NCBI RefSeq assembly: GCF_030684315.1
Contig: NC_081387.1
Span: 4,506,497-4,570,496, forward strand
Length of the DNA: 64,000 nucleotides
Reading direction: 5' to 3'
Origin: Stegostoma tigrinum
Lineage: Eukaryota
The translations under genes and the position numbers were made by a program. Numbering within the stretch: the first letter of the stretch is position 1; each line of letters starts with the position of its first letter. Under the pieces are notes generated by a model. The model was not told the origin of the DNA, made no database searches, and was given only the letters and a program-made list of their open reading frames with translations. Positions 13,813-27,694 of the stretch are shown here, one piece after another.

Positions 13813-14929
13813 GTTAACTCCCAAATTTATTGGGTGGAAGCTCACCTTCCCAGGCTGGCCTTGCGCTTTCTCCTGGACTCCCACCGCTGAAACAACTGAA
13901 AGGCTGCTGGTAATAAATACAGCAAAACAACCCCACAGGAACAGAACTGAGCAAAGCTACAAGTCTTGCCACATCTTGTTGAGAATTGTTGAGAGTTGAA
14001 TAACAGGAGAAGGTGATCTCATGAGCAATTTCATTCATTGTCACTTTGGAGCCCAGCAAACAGGAATGAGATAAAATGTGAAAGTCTCTTCCAGCAAAAT
14101 ATTAGAAGGATAATCAAACCCCAGCCTCCTACTGAGGTGCTGGGAGAATCTATAACCTCGAACACACTAATTCTTGAAAAGGCCCAAGTCAGAAATGTTT
14201 TGTAAAGTGACATTTATAAAATTATTTTAAATCTTATTACTGCCTGAACAATAAACAGAGTATCCTGTACTAATCGGATGTTGGGTGATGTAGAAATCTG
14301 CTCGGCATCAGCTCCAGTGGTTTGGTTATCATGGGGATCACTTGGGACTTGCTGAGCAAGATGCAAAACTGTTGTAAAGCAAAGAATTGTGGATGCTCAA
14401 GATCTGAAACAAAAACAAATTGCTCAAGAAACTCAGTAGCTCCAGCAGCATCTGCAGTTGGAAACAGTTTTAACATTTTGAGTCCAGAGATACTTCTATA
14501 ATTGGTCCATTATTTGCCTAGTAGCTATGTTTGTTGATTTGTTAGAGTAAACGTCTTGTAAAATCTTGTTGGGTAATCCTTTTCATTGTTCAATGGGAAT
14601 TTAAATCTCTTTAGAAGTTAGCAATCTCGTTGGGATTTGAGCAATTCCTCAGTCAACACCATTAATGAGCAGATTATCGGTCATTATCACAGCTTTTGTG
14701 GCAGATTGTAGTGCACACACTGGCTACTAAGTTTCTAACATTAGAAAAACACTTTTGGATATGTGGTGGTTGTGACTGCCTATATATAATTGCAAACTTT
14801 CTGTGTTACCTTTTCTGGGGAGATTACAGAGTGAGGGCAGTGGGAGATTTTGGAAGGATTTGAGAAGACAGGCAACATCCAGATCTCAAAACACAGAGAG
14901 AACAGACCATTCACTATCCAAAAAATAAT

Positions 14930-15436
14930 AACCAGCTCCTAGTACACTCAGAACGCAACCAGAGGAAATCAGTAAGAATCCTCAGACACTCTGCACCTGC
15001 CAAACCTTGCCTTCGCGTGTGCAGGAATAAACTATCAACAAACTCAGGCTGAAAATCAGGAGGGAAATGCTTCCAACAAACACACTCAATATTCAACACA
15101 CAGCTCCAGTCAAACAGTTCAGCACAAAGCACCGAGTAAACAGCTCTCTCAGCTGGATCTTCTCACAGCATAAGGGACATTTCCACCCCTGATTACCCAC
15201 AGGACAGTCAGACTGCCTGAAGATTGGTGTGGATATTATGGGATACAATTTGTATAAAAGCTGCTCCTTCACTCACCATCTCCTCACTTGGTTTTCAGTC
15301 CCTATAGGAAATGAACCAGCTCTGGAAGAGGAAGAGGAGAGAATGGGCAGAGTGGGTGGGCTCTCTGATTGACGTCTCTCACAGTCAATCCAAATATTTC
15401 TGCAGCAACATGAGTTTCCTGAAGCTTAGGAAACTG
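14930..15436 (-). promoter_or_regulatory. Shared promoter/exon-1 cassette, copy B
   Basis: Near-identical to four other copies; ATG 15279-15277 followed by gtgagt; CCAAT and ETS motifs mutated in this copy. Confidence 0.65.
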
Positions 15437-15499
15437 GTGAAGCTGATGAGAGAGTGAGAGACAAAGCAGAGGCAGGAGGAGAAGAAACATATACAAAAA

Positions 15500-16350
15500 T
15501 AGACAGAAAGGCAGGTTGCGAAAGAAATACAGTTTATAAAGAGATATGGATAGGTTTAGTAAGTGGGCAAAGGTTGGCAAATGAGACATAATTTGACAAA
15601 ATGAGAAGTTGTTCATTTTGGAGGGGAGAATAAAATAACAGAATATTATTTAATTGGAGGTAAACTGCAGAAACCTGCAACACAAAGGGAGTTGTATATT
15701 GAACACAGAGAGCTAGAATTCTGGTACAGCAGATAATCAGGGAGGCTAATGGAATGTTAACCCTAATTTCAAGACAGTTAGAGTATAAGGATAGGAAAAT
15801 CTCACTGTGACTTTACAATGTGCTGGTGAGACCACAGCTGGACTACTGTGAGCAGTTTTGTCCCCCTTATTTAAGAAAATATATTATTTCATTGCACGTA
15901 GTTCAGAGAAGGTTCACGCAGATGATCCTTGGTATGGGGGAGTTATTTTATGGGAAAAGTTAAACGAATTGGGACGCATTGTAATTTAGAAGAATGAGAG
16001 GTGATCTTATTGAAACATACAGGCATCTTCAAAGGCTTAACATGGTAAATACTAAGAGGATGTTTTCCCTTATGGAAGAGTATCAGAGTGCATCATCTCA
16101 GAATAAACAAGCACCAATTTACAACTGAGATGGGGAGGAATTTCTTCTTGAAGAGGGTTATATGTCTTTAGAACTCCTTGCTACAGAGAACTGTGGAGGC
16201 AGAGTCCTTGTGTATGTTGAAGGCAAAGATGGATTCATGGTCAATCGGGGAATCAAAGGTTACAGTCAAATCAGCCACGATCCTATAGAATAGCAGAGCA
16301 GGATCAACAGGCCAAATGGCCTACTGCTGTTCTGACTTCTTCTGGTTTTA
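15500..16350 (+). mobile_element. Degenerate CR1 3' fragment
   Basis: Homologous to the RT C-terminus and 3' UTR of 20250-22249 and 40920-41950. Confidence 0.8.
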
Positions 16351-17149
16351 GAGAAGAGACTGAGGAATGCTGTAGACCTCGCACTTAGAGAGCTTTTCCG
16401 TGACTCCTGCTGCAGTCTTTCCAATCAAAGGTTACCTCTTTATGTAATAATGATGCAGGAGATCTAAAGTTGTTGATATGAAATAAAATGCCATATCGAT
16501 TTGAAAGGAAGAGTAACACTCAACTCCAGTTAGATGTGCCAATCAAAATACCATTCAAGATGTCAAGCATATCTTCAATGCAACATTTTCCTCCACTGAA
16601 GCTATAAGGTGTCTCTTCCACAGCAAGTTTCCATTCAGTTCATGTCTGAGGTCTTTGTTGCATTGCAATACAGAGAAAGGATGAAGTTTAAACCTTGGAT
16701 GCATTGGTCTGGACAGTGAGAGGACACAATAAGACCATGTGATGGACAATGAGAGCCATAACATTTTATTGAGTACTAATTTGAGGACGTTCTTTCGTGC
16801 TTTTCAGCAGCCTATAGGGCATCAATGTCAATGGTACAAAGCAGTGCTGGCAGATCCTCTGGTGAATCTTGTTCAATAGAACTGAGTTGTGTGAAGTCAC
16901 TTTTCTGTAATTCTTCTGATGCTGCAGAGGACAGTATCTCCTGAGAAATCTGTAGATTGTAACGTTAAATTTGCTGTGTCAGCTGAAATTAGAAAACATA
17001 TCTGAGCCTGCTATTATGAAAGGTCAATCTGTTGGATGGCACATAGTCATTAGAAGATCACTAGACATTGTCCTAGTGTATTTTTTAAACAGATAACTGT
17101 GTTTCAATTAAGTGTTGCAACTGAGTCGGTGATGAACTGAACAAGTAAT

Positions 17150-18325
17150 GTCAGAACAAATTACTGCAGATCCAATGAAAATAATAAATGCCAGAGATCA
17201 CAGTGGCTCAGACAGCATCCATGGTGACAGAACAAGTTAACGTTTCGAGTCTGGATGTCTGTTCATCGGAGTTCAAAAGTGTTTGGAAGGGACAACATTT
17301 ATGCTACAGTTTGGGTGGGGGGTGGGGTGGTGCAAGAGGTAGTGGATGCAGAGTGCTGGCGGAGAAAAAATGTTGACAGTTCAGATTACATGATCGGAAT
17401 GTGAGAACGGCAGAACAATGTTGTGTCTCCTGCCAGACTTGAAAGGATGGTAAGTGAGATGTGGGGAGGGGAGGACATGATAACAAGCTGAAAGATCATT
17501 ATAACAAGCTCAAAGAAAAGGAAGAAATGTTCACAGTTTAAAGCTGTTGAACTGAATATTAAGTCCAGAAGGCTGTAAAGTGCCTAGTTTGATGAAGAGA
17601 TGTTGTTCCTCCAGTTTGGTCTGTGATTCATTAGAACATGCAGCAGGCTGAGGACATACAGAGGGGCATGCAAGCAGGGTGCTATGTTAAAATAACTAGC
17701 AATGTGAAGGTCAGGGTAATGTTTGCTCACAGACTGGAGGTGATCCACAAAGCGGTCACAGTTCCTTCCTGCATCCAAGGGTCGAAACAGTCTTTCCAGG
17801 TGAAGCTTTTCACCTGTACCTCCTCCAATCTTGTGTATTGTATTTGTTGTACCCAATTGTACATTGGAGAAATGAAATGCAGACTGGGTCACCACTTCGC
17901 AGAATACCTCCAGTCTGTGCACAAGCTTGATCCTGACCTTCGTGTAGCTGGTCATTTTGACACAGCATCCTGCTTGCATGCCCACGTGCCTGTCCTAGGC
18001 ATGCTACGGTGTTCCAGTGAATCATAGAACAAACAAGTGAAACAACATCTCCTAGCTTTCCTGCTCCTCTGATGCTGCCTGGCCTGCTGTGTTCCTCCAG
18101 CTCCACACTGTGATATCTCAGATTCCAGCATCGGCAGTTCTTACTAACAGTTCTTACACCCATTAACCTTCCCCACCTCCCCACAGCCAAACTATAGTAT
18201 AAATACTGTCCCCACCATGCTTCACTTCAGCTCTGATGAAGAGTCTAGACTTTAAACGTTAGCTTGCTCTCTTCCCATGGATGCTGTCTGACCCACTGTG
18301 ATCTCAAGCATTTGTTATTTTCTAA
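17150..18325. mobile_element. Degenerate PLE with inverted halves
   Basis: GIY-YIG remnant (NLVYCICCTQLYIGEMK) in ORF 17638-18027 with an inverted copy upstream; decayed hammerheads near 17240 (-) and 18233 (+). Confidence 0.75.
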
Positions 18326-18479
18326 TAACATTGTATGTGTGGGACAACCGACATTAAAATCAAACAGTGCGTCAGAAGACCCTTCCTGAATGCTCCAGAT
18401 CCAAAATGTCAACTTTCCTGCTCCTCTGATGCTGCCTGGCCTGCTGTATTCCTCCAGATCCACACCATGTTTTCTATAA

Positions 18480-21400
18480 CAGTGCAGTAGATGTGGGTTG
18501 ACAATTTGTCAGAAAAAAAACCAAAGTTAAGGAAAGTATGAATTAGAATGGGAGAAGTGGTATAGTGGGTTAGGATGTGAAAGTGAGCAGTGTGCTGTGC
18601 AACCCAGTGTGCCTTGCTCCCGAATGGCATGGAGCCAAAGGTCAAACCACTCAATGAACCAAAGCTGACAGGGAATGTGGATTCTGAGAGTGAGGCTTAT
18701 CTCTATACTGTAGAAGGAGTATGGGAAAATTAGGGCTACGTGCAAGTAGGCATACACCCAGAGGGTGTGGACAGCTCAGGCTTGGTGGTGAAAGGGGAAA
18801 TAAGACCGGGTGTGAAGCTGCCCTCAACTCTGAATGCCCAGAAGGCTGATCTGGCAGTAACAGCCCTTGTGTTCACTCCACTCACAGGAATTTCCCATGC
18901 CCTGTTCAAGTACCTGGCCTCTGGCTATATGGGGCCAGGGAAAGTTCTCATAATGTATACTTTGAATGATTTTGGAGATGTTCAACGAGAACCTTACGTA
19001 AAAGCTCACACATAAGCTGCTCTATGCTCTATGTTCTATGAAGTCTGGTGGAAGGGCAATAATAGAGCTGATGGATTGGCCAGAGAGGAGCTGACAGGGG
19101 TAATCCATGGGATCCCAGTGATTCAGGGACAGTGGAAGCCATAATGAGTGAGGATGGAGCAATGTTCATGTCCTTCCCCGGACTCTGATAGAGGTCCAGC
19201 ACAAAAACCCAGTTTTAAAAGGTATCGTTGAGAGAAAGCAGGGAGAGAAATGATTTGAAAGGACCCTAGCAGCCTAGTGATTTAGCAGTGAAGAAAAGTG
19301 TGCTATTCAAAGGGAACAAGAGGCTGGTGTCTGAGGGTTACCAATAGGATTTCATGTATTCAGCCCATGGAGGCCTCAGGGCAGGATGGCCAGGAAGTGA
19401 GGGAACCTGGGATTATATTAGACAGGTGGTATGGGGCTTAGGAATGTGGATGTGGAGGCCCATGTGAAAGGATATTTGGACTGTCGCCAGAATAAAACAG
19501 AACAGGAAAATCGTGTTGGGAGTTACCAGACAGCTGGAAGGGCCGTGTTGGTCTATACAGATCAACTTTATTGGTCTTTTGTCTGTGACTTAAAGAGGGA
19601 ACAAGTATTACCTGCTTCCAGGAGATAATCTCACAAAATGGCTGGGAGGATTTCCCCAGTAGGTTAGACTCAGCTGTGTGGATCCTGGTAAAGGAAATGT
19701 TTTCAAGTGGGATTCGCCTGAAGTAATGGAATGAGATCAGGGAAGTTATTTTACAGGACAGGTAATGCAAACCACCTGTTGAGGACAGAGGGTAAATGGC
19801 ATGTATCCCATATTGTGCTAATTTTTTGAGAATAGTGGAGCACATGAACAAGGACCATTACAATGAGCCTACAGAACAATCTTGTGGGTCAACCTTAGAA
19901 ATAGGATGATTTGTTTCCACGGCCCGCATGAATATATGGGGACAGATATTGATGTGGACCGATTACTCTGATGAGTGAGTAACAGGCTGCTGCAGAGCCC
20001 TTCACGCCTCCTGACACTGACATTGTACGCCAACAGCAGTTGACACAGAGATGAACAAACATCAATTTTCTCATGATCTATGGCTATGGCTGTAGCGATT
20101 GTACAGACAAGAAGCCGGTGACATTGGGAACAGACACTAGTCAAATAAAGTGTTGCTGATGCCAATAGAAACACAGAAGTGTGATATTGGGGACCAGGTG
20201 ATAGAACTATGCAAGGGGTGGGAGTGCTTAAGCCCTTTTATTATATTATCCCTGACTAAGGAAGTCAGAGATAGCAGAAAAGCAAAAGAAAAAGCATATA
20301 ATGTGGTGAAGAGCAGTGGGAAACCAGAGGACTGGGAAGCTTACAAAGACCAACAGAGGGCAACAGGAAGAGAAATAAGGAGGGAGAAGATTAAATAGGA
20401 GGGTAAGCTAGCCAGTGATGTAAATGAAGACTGTAAGAGTTTCTTTAGATATATAAAGGGCAAAAGAGAGGCAAAAGTGGACATTGAACCACTGGAAAAT
20501 GATAGTGGAGAGATGGTAGTGGGGAACAAGGAAATGGCCGAGGAACTGAATAATTACTTTGCATCAGTCTTCATGGTGGAAGACACGAGTAATATCCTGA
20601 AACTTCAAGAGAGTCAGGAAGCAGAACTGAGTATGGTGGCCATCACCAAGAAAAAGGTGCTAGTAAAACTGACTAGTCTGAAGGTGGACAAATTAACCTG
20701 GACCAGATGGACTACACCCCAGGATTCTAAAGGAAATAACTGAAGAGATAGTGGAAGCATTAGTGGTGATCTTTCAGGAATCACTAGAGTCAGGAAGGGT
20801 CCTAGAAGACTGGAAAATCGCAAACGTGATACCCCTGTTTAAAAAGGGAGTAAGGCAAGAGACAGAAAATTACGGGCTGATTAGCCTAACCTCAGTCATG
20901 GGTAAGATTTAGGAGTCTATTGTAAAGGATGAGATTGCTGAATATTTGGAAGGGTAAAGTAAAATAGGGCAAAGTCAGCATGGTTTCATCAAGGGGAGGT
21001 CATGCCTGACAAATTTGCTAGAATTCTTTGAGGAAGTAATGAGTAGGGTAGACGAAGGAGAGCCAATGGATGTTATCTACCTGGACTTCAAGAAGGCCTT
21101 TGATAAAGTGCCACACAGGAGGCTTCTGAGTAAGATAAGGGTGTTAGAGGCAAGGTGCTAGCATGGTTAGAAGATTGGCTGTCTGGCAGAAAGCAGAGAG
21201 TGGGGATAAAGGGTCTTTCTCAGGATGGCAGCCAGTGACAAGTAGTCTTCCGCAAGGGTCAGTGCTGGAACACAACTTTTCACTTTATACATTAATGATC
21301 TAGATGAAGGAACTGTGTGTATTCTTGCTAAGTTTGCAGACAATACAAAGATAGGTGGACGGGCAGGTAGAATTGAGGAGGTGGTAAGGCTGCAGAAGGA

Positions 21401-23100
21401 TTTGGACAGGTTAGGAGAGTGAACAAAGAAGTGGCAGATGGAGTACAACATGGGAAAGTGAGAGGTCATGCACTTTGGTAAGAAGAATAAAAGCATGGAC
21501 TATTTTCTAAATGGGGAGAAAATTCCGAAGTCTGAAGTGCAAATAGACTTGGGAGTTCTAGTCCAGGATTCTCTTAATGTAAACTTGCAGTTTGAGTCAG
21601 CAGTCAGGTTGGTAAATGCAATGTTGGCATTTATTTTGCGAGGGCTTGAATATAAAAGCAGGGATGAACTACCGAGGCTTTACAAGGCTCTGGTCAGGCC
21701 ACATTTGGAGTATTGCATGCAGTTTTGGGCCCCATATTTCAGGTAGAACATACTGGCCCTGGAGCGGGTTCACAGGTGGTTCATCAGAATGGTCCCAGGA
21801 GTGGAAAGCTTAACGTATGAGGAACGTTTGAGGACTCTGGGACTATACTCATTGGAGTTTAGAAGGATGAGGGGCGATCTAATTGAAACTTACAGAATAC
21901 TGAATGGCCTGGACAAAGTGGATGTTGGGAAGATGCTTCCATTGGTAGGAGAGTCCAGGACCCAAGGGCACAGCCTTAGAGTAAAGGGAAGACCTTTTAG
22001 AACGGAGATAAGGGGAAACTACTTCAGCCAGAGAGTGGTGGATCTATGGAATTCACTGCCACAGAAGGGTGTGGAGGCCAAGTCATTGAGTAGATTTAAG
22101 ACTGACATAGTTACGTTTTTGATTATCAAGGGGATCAAGGGTAACGGGGTGAAAGCGGGAGAATGAGGTTGAGGAACTTAACAGCCATGATTGAATGGCG
22201 GAGCAGACCTGGTGGGCCGAATCACCTAATTTCTGCTCTTATGTCTTATAGGGGCCTGTATGGTATTGTGGACCAGGACATTCCCATAGTCAATGCTGTT
22301 CAACTGCCCGAGCATGTGAGTTGGTTCCACATTAACCAAATGAACAGGGTCCCTGTGTAAAACGTCAATGCAGGGTTGGGTGGAGGGAGCACCCTAACGA
22401 AACTGACTCCCTGATAAGCTAGTGATTTGGGATGAGAAGCATGCTCCCTCACAAGGTGGAGGTGAGGGGTTTGGGGTGGACTGGAAATCCACAATTACAA
22501 TCCAATCCAGAGGACTGTCTGGAAGTGGAGATTGCCTCAGTGTTTCTGTGAACCTCTAAGTCTAAAACTTGTGTTGTTTACCAGTAGTCGATACATCAGT
22601 CGCTGAAGACTGCACAGTGGGGTCAACTGGGCTGCTTAGATGGATGGGGTATAAGAGATAGTACCTCAGGGCAAAAGCTAGCTAGCTCAAGGAAGGAGTT
22701 GTCTGACCAGTTACTGCAGGTTGGATGGAGCAGGCTGTTTCGGTCTGATCCTTGGACAAGTCCATGTAAACCGGGTCACCATCATCAGCAAACGGGTAAA
22801 CCTGTGATGTATTACTATCATTGCGGCACTTGTCAGCAATTATTCTTTAATGAGCATAATTGTCAACCTAGGAAATTCATAACTGTGTCACTGGTCATGG
22901 GTTCTGTCAGTCCTTGTGCGGCTGATGAGCCTGACCTAAGAGCTGCATCTCCAACCGTACATGATTGTAGTATATCTTCCTTTGATAAAGAATTGGGAAC
23001 GTCCTTTGGCTGGAACTGCCTTGGGTTAATGCTATTCTGAGTAATCCAACGGACCAGGGAGGGTTGAAATAAAAGCCCCAAAATCCTAACTCCCAGTGCA
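18480..23100 (+). mobile_element. Fossil retrovirus-like pol region split by a CR1 insertion
   Basis: RNase H-like LNAQKADLAV...VKAH...GNNRADGLA; integrase-like VKGYLDC, GPCWSIQINFIG and C-terminal WFHINQM; boundaries approximate. Confidence 0.55.
20250..22249 (+). mobile_element. 5'-truncated CR1 LINE
   Basis: RT fragments ([26 protein letters not shown]); tail tcttatgtcttat. Confidence 0.92.
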
Positions 23101-23210
23101 GATTAACTGATTGATCCTTCTATGTAACTCATGTTGTATTACAGAAGTTATCAATGCAAGTGCAGCTTAATGTTTTGATCTTTTCCTACTGTTTAACAAA
23201 GATTAAGGTT

Positions 23211-23553
23211 GAGGTTGTAGACTTGTTTGCCGAGCTGGTGTGTCTGATTGCACATGTTTTGTCACCCTGCTAGGTAACATTATCAGTGCGGCTCCAGTAA
23301 CGCATTGGAGTTCTGTCCTACTTGTTATTTATATACCTCGGTTTGTTGGAATGTTTGGTACCACTTCCAGTTTTGTGGCAAAGAACTGAGGCATATAAAT
23401 AACAAGTGGGACAGAGCTCCGACGCTTCACCAGAGGTGCACTGATGATATGACCTAGCAGGGTGACAAAACATCTGCAATCAAACAAACCAGCTCGGCGA
23501 GCAAGTCTGCAACCTCATCCACAACCCGAGCTATAAATCTTCTCAAAAACTTT
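23211..23553. mobile_element. Fold-back mini-element of a second PLE family
   Basis: Long inverted arms each with a decayed hammerhead; 13-bp TSD aaagattaaggtt at 23198-23210 and 23554-23566; related to 42600-42770. Confidence 0.85.
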
Positions 23554-25509
23554 AAAGATTAAGGTTAGAAACTGATTGAAGTGTTCACAACATTTGATGC
23601 TCTCTCATTGAATCATGTCGAGGTTTCACAGTAATGTGTACACAATGGAAAGGATAACTTTTGTTTGGATAGACTTAGAGCATATGGTGGCACTAGGGAT
23701 GGCTAGTACCTCCACCTTCATCCTTGTTGCAACAGATATAACAGCAATATAACTCAGATCTGATGATGAAAACTGAACACATAACGTAAATATATCATCA
23801 CATTGTTAAAATCTAGTCTCATCCTTGCCACCTGTGTGCCCTCTGAATGTTTGCTTTCTCCTTTCCCTTCCACTACATCTAGGTGCAATCCCTGGGTCTG
23901 TAACTGGGGTGGAGGGTACTGTCCTGTAGTGAAATCTTCTGGGTTTAGAATTTTGGTTGAGCAACCTGAGGGGCATTTGAGGCCCAAGGATACAGGCAGG
24001 CTGAGACTGTCCTGGCCAGAAACAGGTTTACATTACTCAGCTTGAATTCTCAGTTTGGGGACTACAGGCAGGGTGGAGAGAATGGACACCTATGGGAGAA
24101 CCTGAATATGATGGCTATCCAGCTGGGTGTTGACTGGGACAATCCTGTCTCCTTGTGCACAGCTGGAACCGAACTTACACAAGGACACAGCTTTCAGGAT
24201 GGTCTTGCAGTAATGAATAGTTTTGACAGGGCAGAGTAGGATCACTCATGTTTGATGTGGTCCACTTAAGCTTAATAGTCACCCAGGAAATGTTAGTGGA
24301 TTAAAAATTTACCCTAACTCTTGGGTACTTCAATTATTGCTGCAGTACTATACACTGCTGAGTTTTTTTTTCAAAGCCTTTCATCTTACATACATTAGGA
24401 TAATTCACAAGAAATATCAGTCAACCGAAAAAATAATGTTTTTTTCTATATGAGAAAAGTGTGCTGATTAGTTCACCACTGGACACTCATAGAAAGCGCA
24501 CCAGCGAATAATGACTGATAGTTAATTGCCAAGCTTTGTTTAAATGTTGACTCTAATTGATTGAGAAATGAACTAGTGAAAGACTGTCACCTATGTTGTT
24601 TCATTGAAACAGGCACAGTGTGTGTATATGTGCTGTCTGCAAGGAACAGGATTTTGTGTATTAAAATAAATAGATTCCACTATCTCATGAAATTGTGATA
24701 CACCGCTCATTTGACTGGGAATCCTAAATTAGTTGCTAGCATAATTTTTTGCACACTTGGAATTATATAGCAAATATTAGAAACATAGAAATTAGGAGCA
24801 GGGGTGGGAGATTCAGTTCTTCAGGACTATTCTGCCATTCAATATGATTATGGCTCATCATCCACTTTCTGTGGCAGAGAATTTCATAGGCTTAACAATC
24901 TCTGGTGAAGGAATGTCTCCTAATCTCAGTCTTAAATGGTAGTTCTGTAATCCCCAGGCATTAGGAACATCCTTCCTTTGTTTACCCATGATACAAGTGA
25001 ATGGACTAGGCCATCCCAGCCAGGATTTTCTCAACCTTGATGTTCACCTTGGACAGCAAAATAGCCACTGGCTCTGACATAAAAATGGGACAGAGAAAGC
25101 TGTCCAGAATTGTATGATGCTGCCTGAAGATTGGAAACAGAATATTCTTATCTGTCAGCTTGTGCAAGGTGTTGAGAGTGGCCAGTGGTTGCAGAATTGT
25201 AGTTAGAGGAGCTAGTGTTCACTGACTGGATGAGAAAGAGGGACTTTGTGGAACAGTTTGACTTTGCATGGATTAACCGAGCTGAGACCGCTAGAGGGAT
25301 CGATTGACAGCTTGATGCCTGAAATTAGTACTTTGCTTTTAAGCCAGTTGATAACCAATATCCAGCTTGTTCACGTTATTTAGGCCAAAGCACAGAGGGC
25401 TTGTTGGTAAAAAAAAAAATGACAACTCTTTTCAGGTCTGCCTGGCAAAGTCTGCAGAAGGAGGGAGAAAATGCTGGGGAACTCTAGCACTTGCTCACAA
25501 TTGTTTTTT

Positions 25510-25970
25510 CTTTATTCATTCATGGGATGAGCGTGTCACTGGCTAGGCAGCATTTATTGCCCATCTCTAATTGCCCAGAGGGCAGTTAAGAGTCAACCAC
25601 ATTGCTGTGGATTTGGAGTCACATGTAGGTCAGACCAGGTAAGGATGGCAGTTTCCTTCTCTGAAGGACATCAGTGAACCAGATGGGTTTTTCTAACAAT
25701 CAACAATGGATTCACAGTCATCATTAAACTCTTAATTCTAGATATTTATTAGATTCAAATTCCACTATTTGCCATGGCAGGATTTGAACCCAGGTCCCCA
25801 GAACATTCTAAGGAAGGGTCACCAGACCCAAAACGTTAACTCTGTTTTCGCCTTCACAGATGTTGCCAGACCTGCTGAGCTCTTCCAGCAACTTTGTTTT
25901 TGCACCAGAACATTATCAGGTTCTCTGGATTAAAAGTCCAGCGATAATACCACTGGGCCATCACCTCCCC
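25510..25970 (-). mobile_element. tRNA-derived SINE with L2-type tail
   Basis: B-box gggttcaaatcc on minus strand; tail shared with L2 fragments; related copies 27695-28070 and ~62810-63100. Confidence 0.75.
25808..25904 (+). mobile_element. ~97-bp PLE terminal fragment starting at a decayed hammerhead
   Basis: 10-bp TSD ccagaacatt at 25798-25807 and 25905-25914 inside the SINE. Confidence 0.8.
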
Positions 25971-27050
25971 CTGAGCAGCAATGGGAAAGAAGGCAGTTCA
26001 TATACAAAAAAATGGGAGGTTTCAGCTGGATCTTATCGATTCTGCAGTCACTTCATGTTGCTATTTTTTTCTGAAGCTATTAAATACTGTTGGCATGATG
26101 TCCATGATCATTCTGGAGATCTGCCGAAAATGACCAACAATTTACTTCACTTTCTTGGGATTTTACACTTTACAGACTATGAAATTTCAGACAGATCCAG
26201 GGAGTTCCCCAGTAATTATTTCTTACAGTGTTGCCTAATTCTAGATGACAAACTGTGATACTGAATACACAACATTGGTCAGTGTGATGGGCTGCAAATA
26301 TTTGATTAAATTATGTTGATAAAGAATCAAAGTTTCTATACACCAATTAGAAAATGATTTGTTTTCAATTTCATGTTTTAGCCTAAAGAGCTTAGTGGTC
26401 TAGGTTCTGAAGCTACAATAATTTCTCAAAATTAAGAGGGAAAAATGAATTTAATTTAATAAATTTGTTGTTGGATATTTTATTTTTGACAGTTTAACCT
26501 CTCCTTATTGCAGATTGGTAATCTACGCAACAATATATTCGTCCCTATTAAAATCACAATTGCAAATCGTTAAAAAATATGCATCTGTTGAACTGTGACT
26601 GCATATTGTATCAAAATAACACAAGTTGTTTTACCCCCAGAATCATTCACTAATTTCACAGTCTCTTCCATTTATCAATTTCAAATATTAAACATAACAA
26701 TTTTGAAATCGTAGGTTTATTACAGGTATATACCCACAAAGGAAACTAAACATTGTTCACAATAACATTTATGGAATAATTGCATATACTATTACACCAG
26801 GGGGCTTACTGAAATTTCCTTCATGACTGTGGGAAAGATCTTGAGAATAATTTGGTGTGCCATCCTTTAGAAAATCATTTGCAGTCTGAAAATTTCTTAA
26901 GTAGAAAATAATTATTTCTCACATTAAATGCTGTTGAATATATATTCTCAGAACAACAGAAGCATCATGATAATAATACAAAAAACATCAACACAGAGCT
27001 TTTTTTAAGAAGGCATGACACTTATATAAAGAATTATTAGTCTTAAAAAT

Positions 27051-27310
27051 GGCCATTACAGTCTAATGGAGGGCCAATACAGTCTAATAAAGGGCTGTTA
27101 CAGCCTAATATATTGCCATTTCAGTCTAATAGAGGGCCATTACAGTCTAATAAATCACCAGTACAGTATAATAACTTGCCATTAGTCTAACAAATCACCT
27201 TTGCAGTCTAATAAAGGTCCAGTGTAGTCTAATATACTGCCACTATAAAGTCTAATAAACGGCTATTGCAGTCTAACAAAGGACAAAACTAGCTTATGAA
27301 GGGCCATTGA
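27051..27310. repeat. 21-bp minisatellite, about 12 degenerate units
   Basis: Unit approximately ggccattacagtctaataaag. Confidence 0.85.
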
Positions 27311-27694
27311 CAGCATCAAGAAATCACCTGACTACAATCCATTGAAACAATACAAGTGAATGCTGCATATATATTTCCATATATTTACTACTAAAGCATT
27401 CTGAATTGAAAACACGAATGCCAGATACCATGCAAATTTGTCAGCATGTTGGTGACAAGGTTGGTGAGGTGATTCGTGCTGTCACCTGAAACTGAGACCT
27501 CCCTCAAGGGGGAGCTGTTACCACAAGATATTGAACACAGCCAGACATAAAACAATTGAAAGGACTCAATAAACATGCACAATTTCCAGAACAGAGAAAC
27601 TGTCCTTAGATTCTGTCTGGACTGATTCAACAGAGACTATTAAACATGCTAGTTCCACACTTTCAACCAGAAATCTCATGCTGATTTTTAATAA

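Noticed and set aside
16450-17120. Possible further Gypsy remnant
   Set aside because: Similarity too weak to support without a search
27051-27310. CRISPR-like periodicity
   Set aside because: Contiguous 21-bp units with no unique spacers, eukaryotic context, no cas genes
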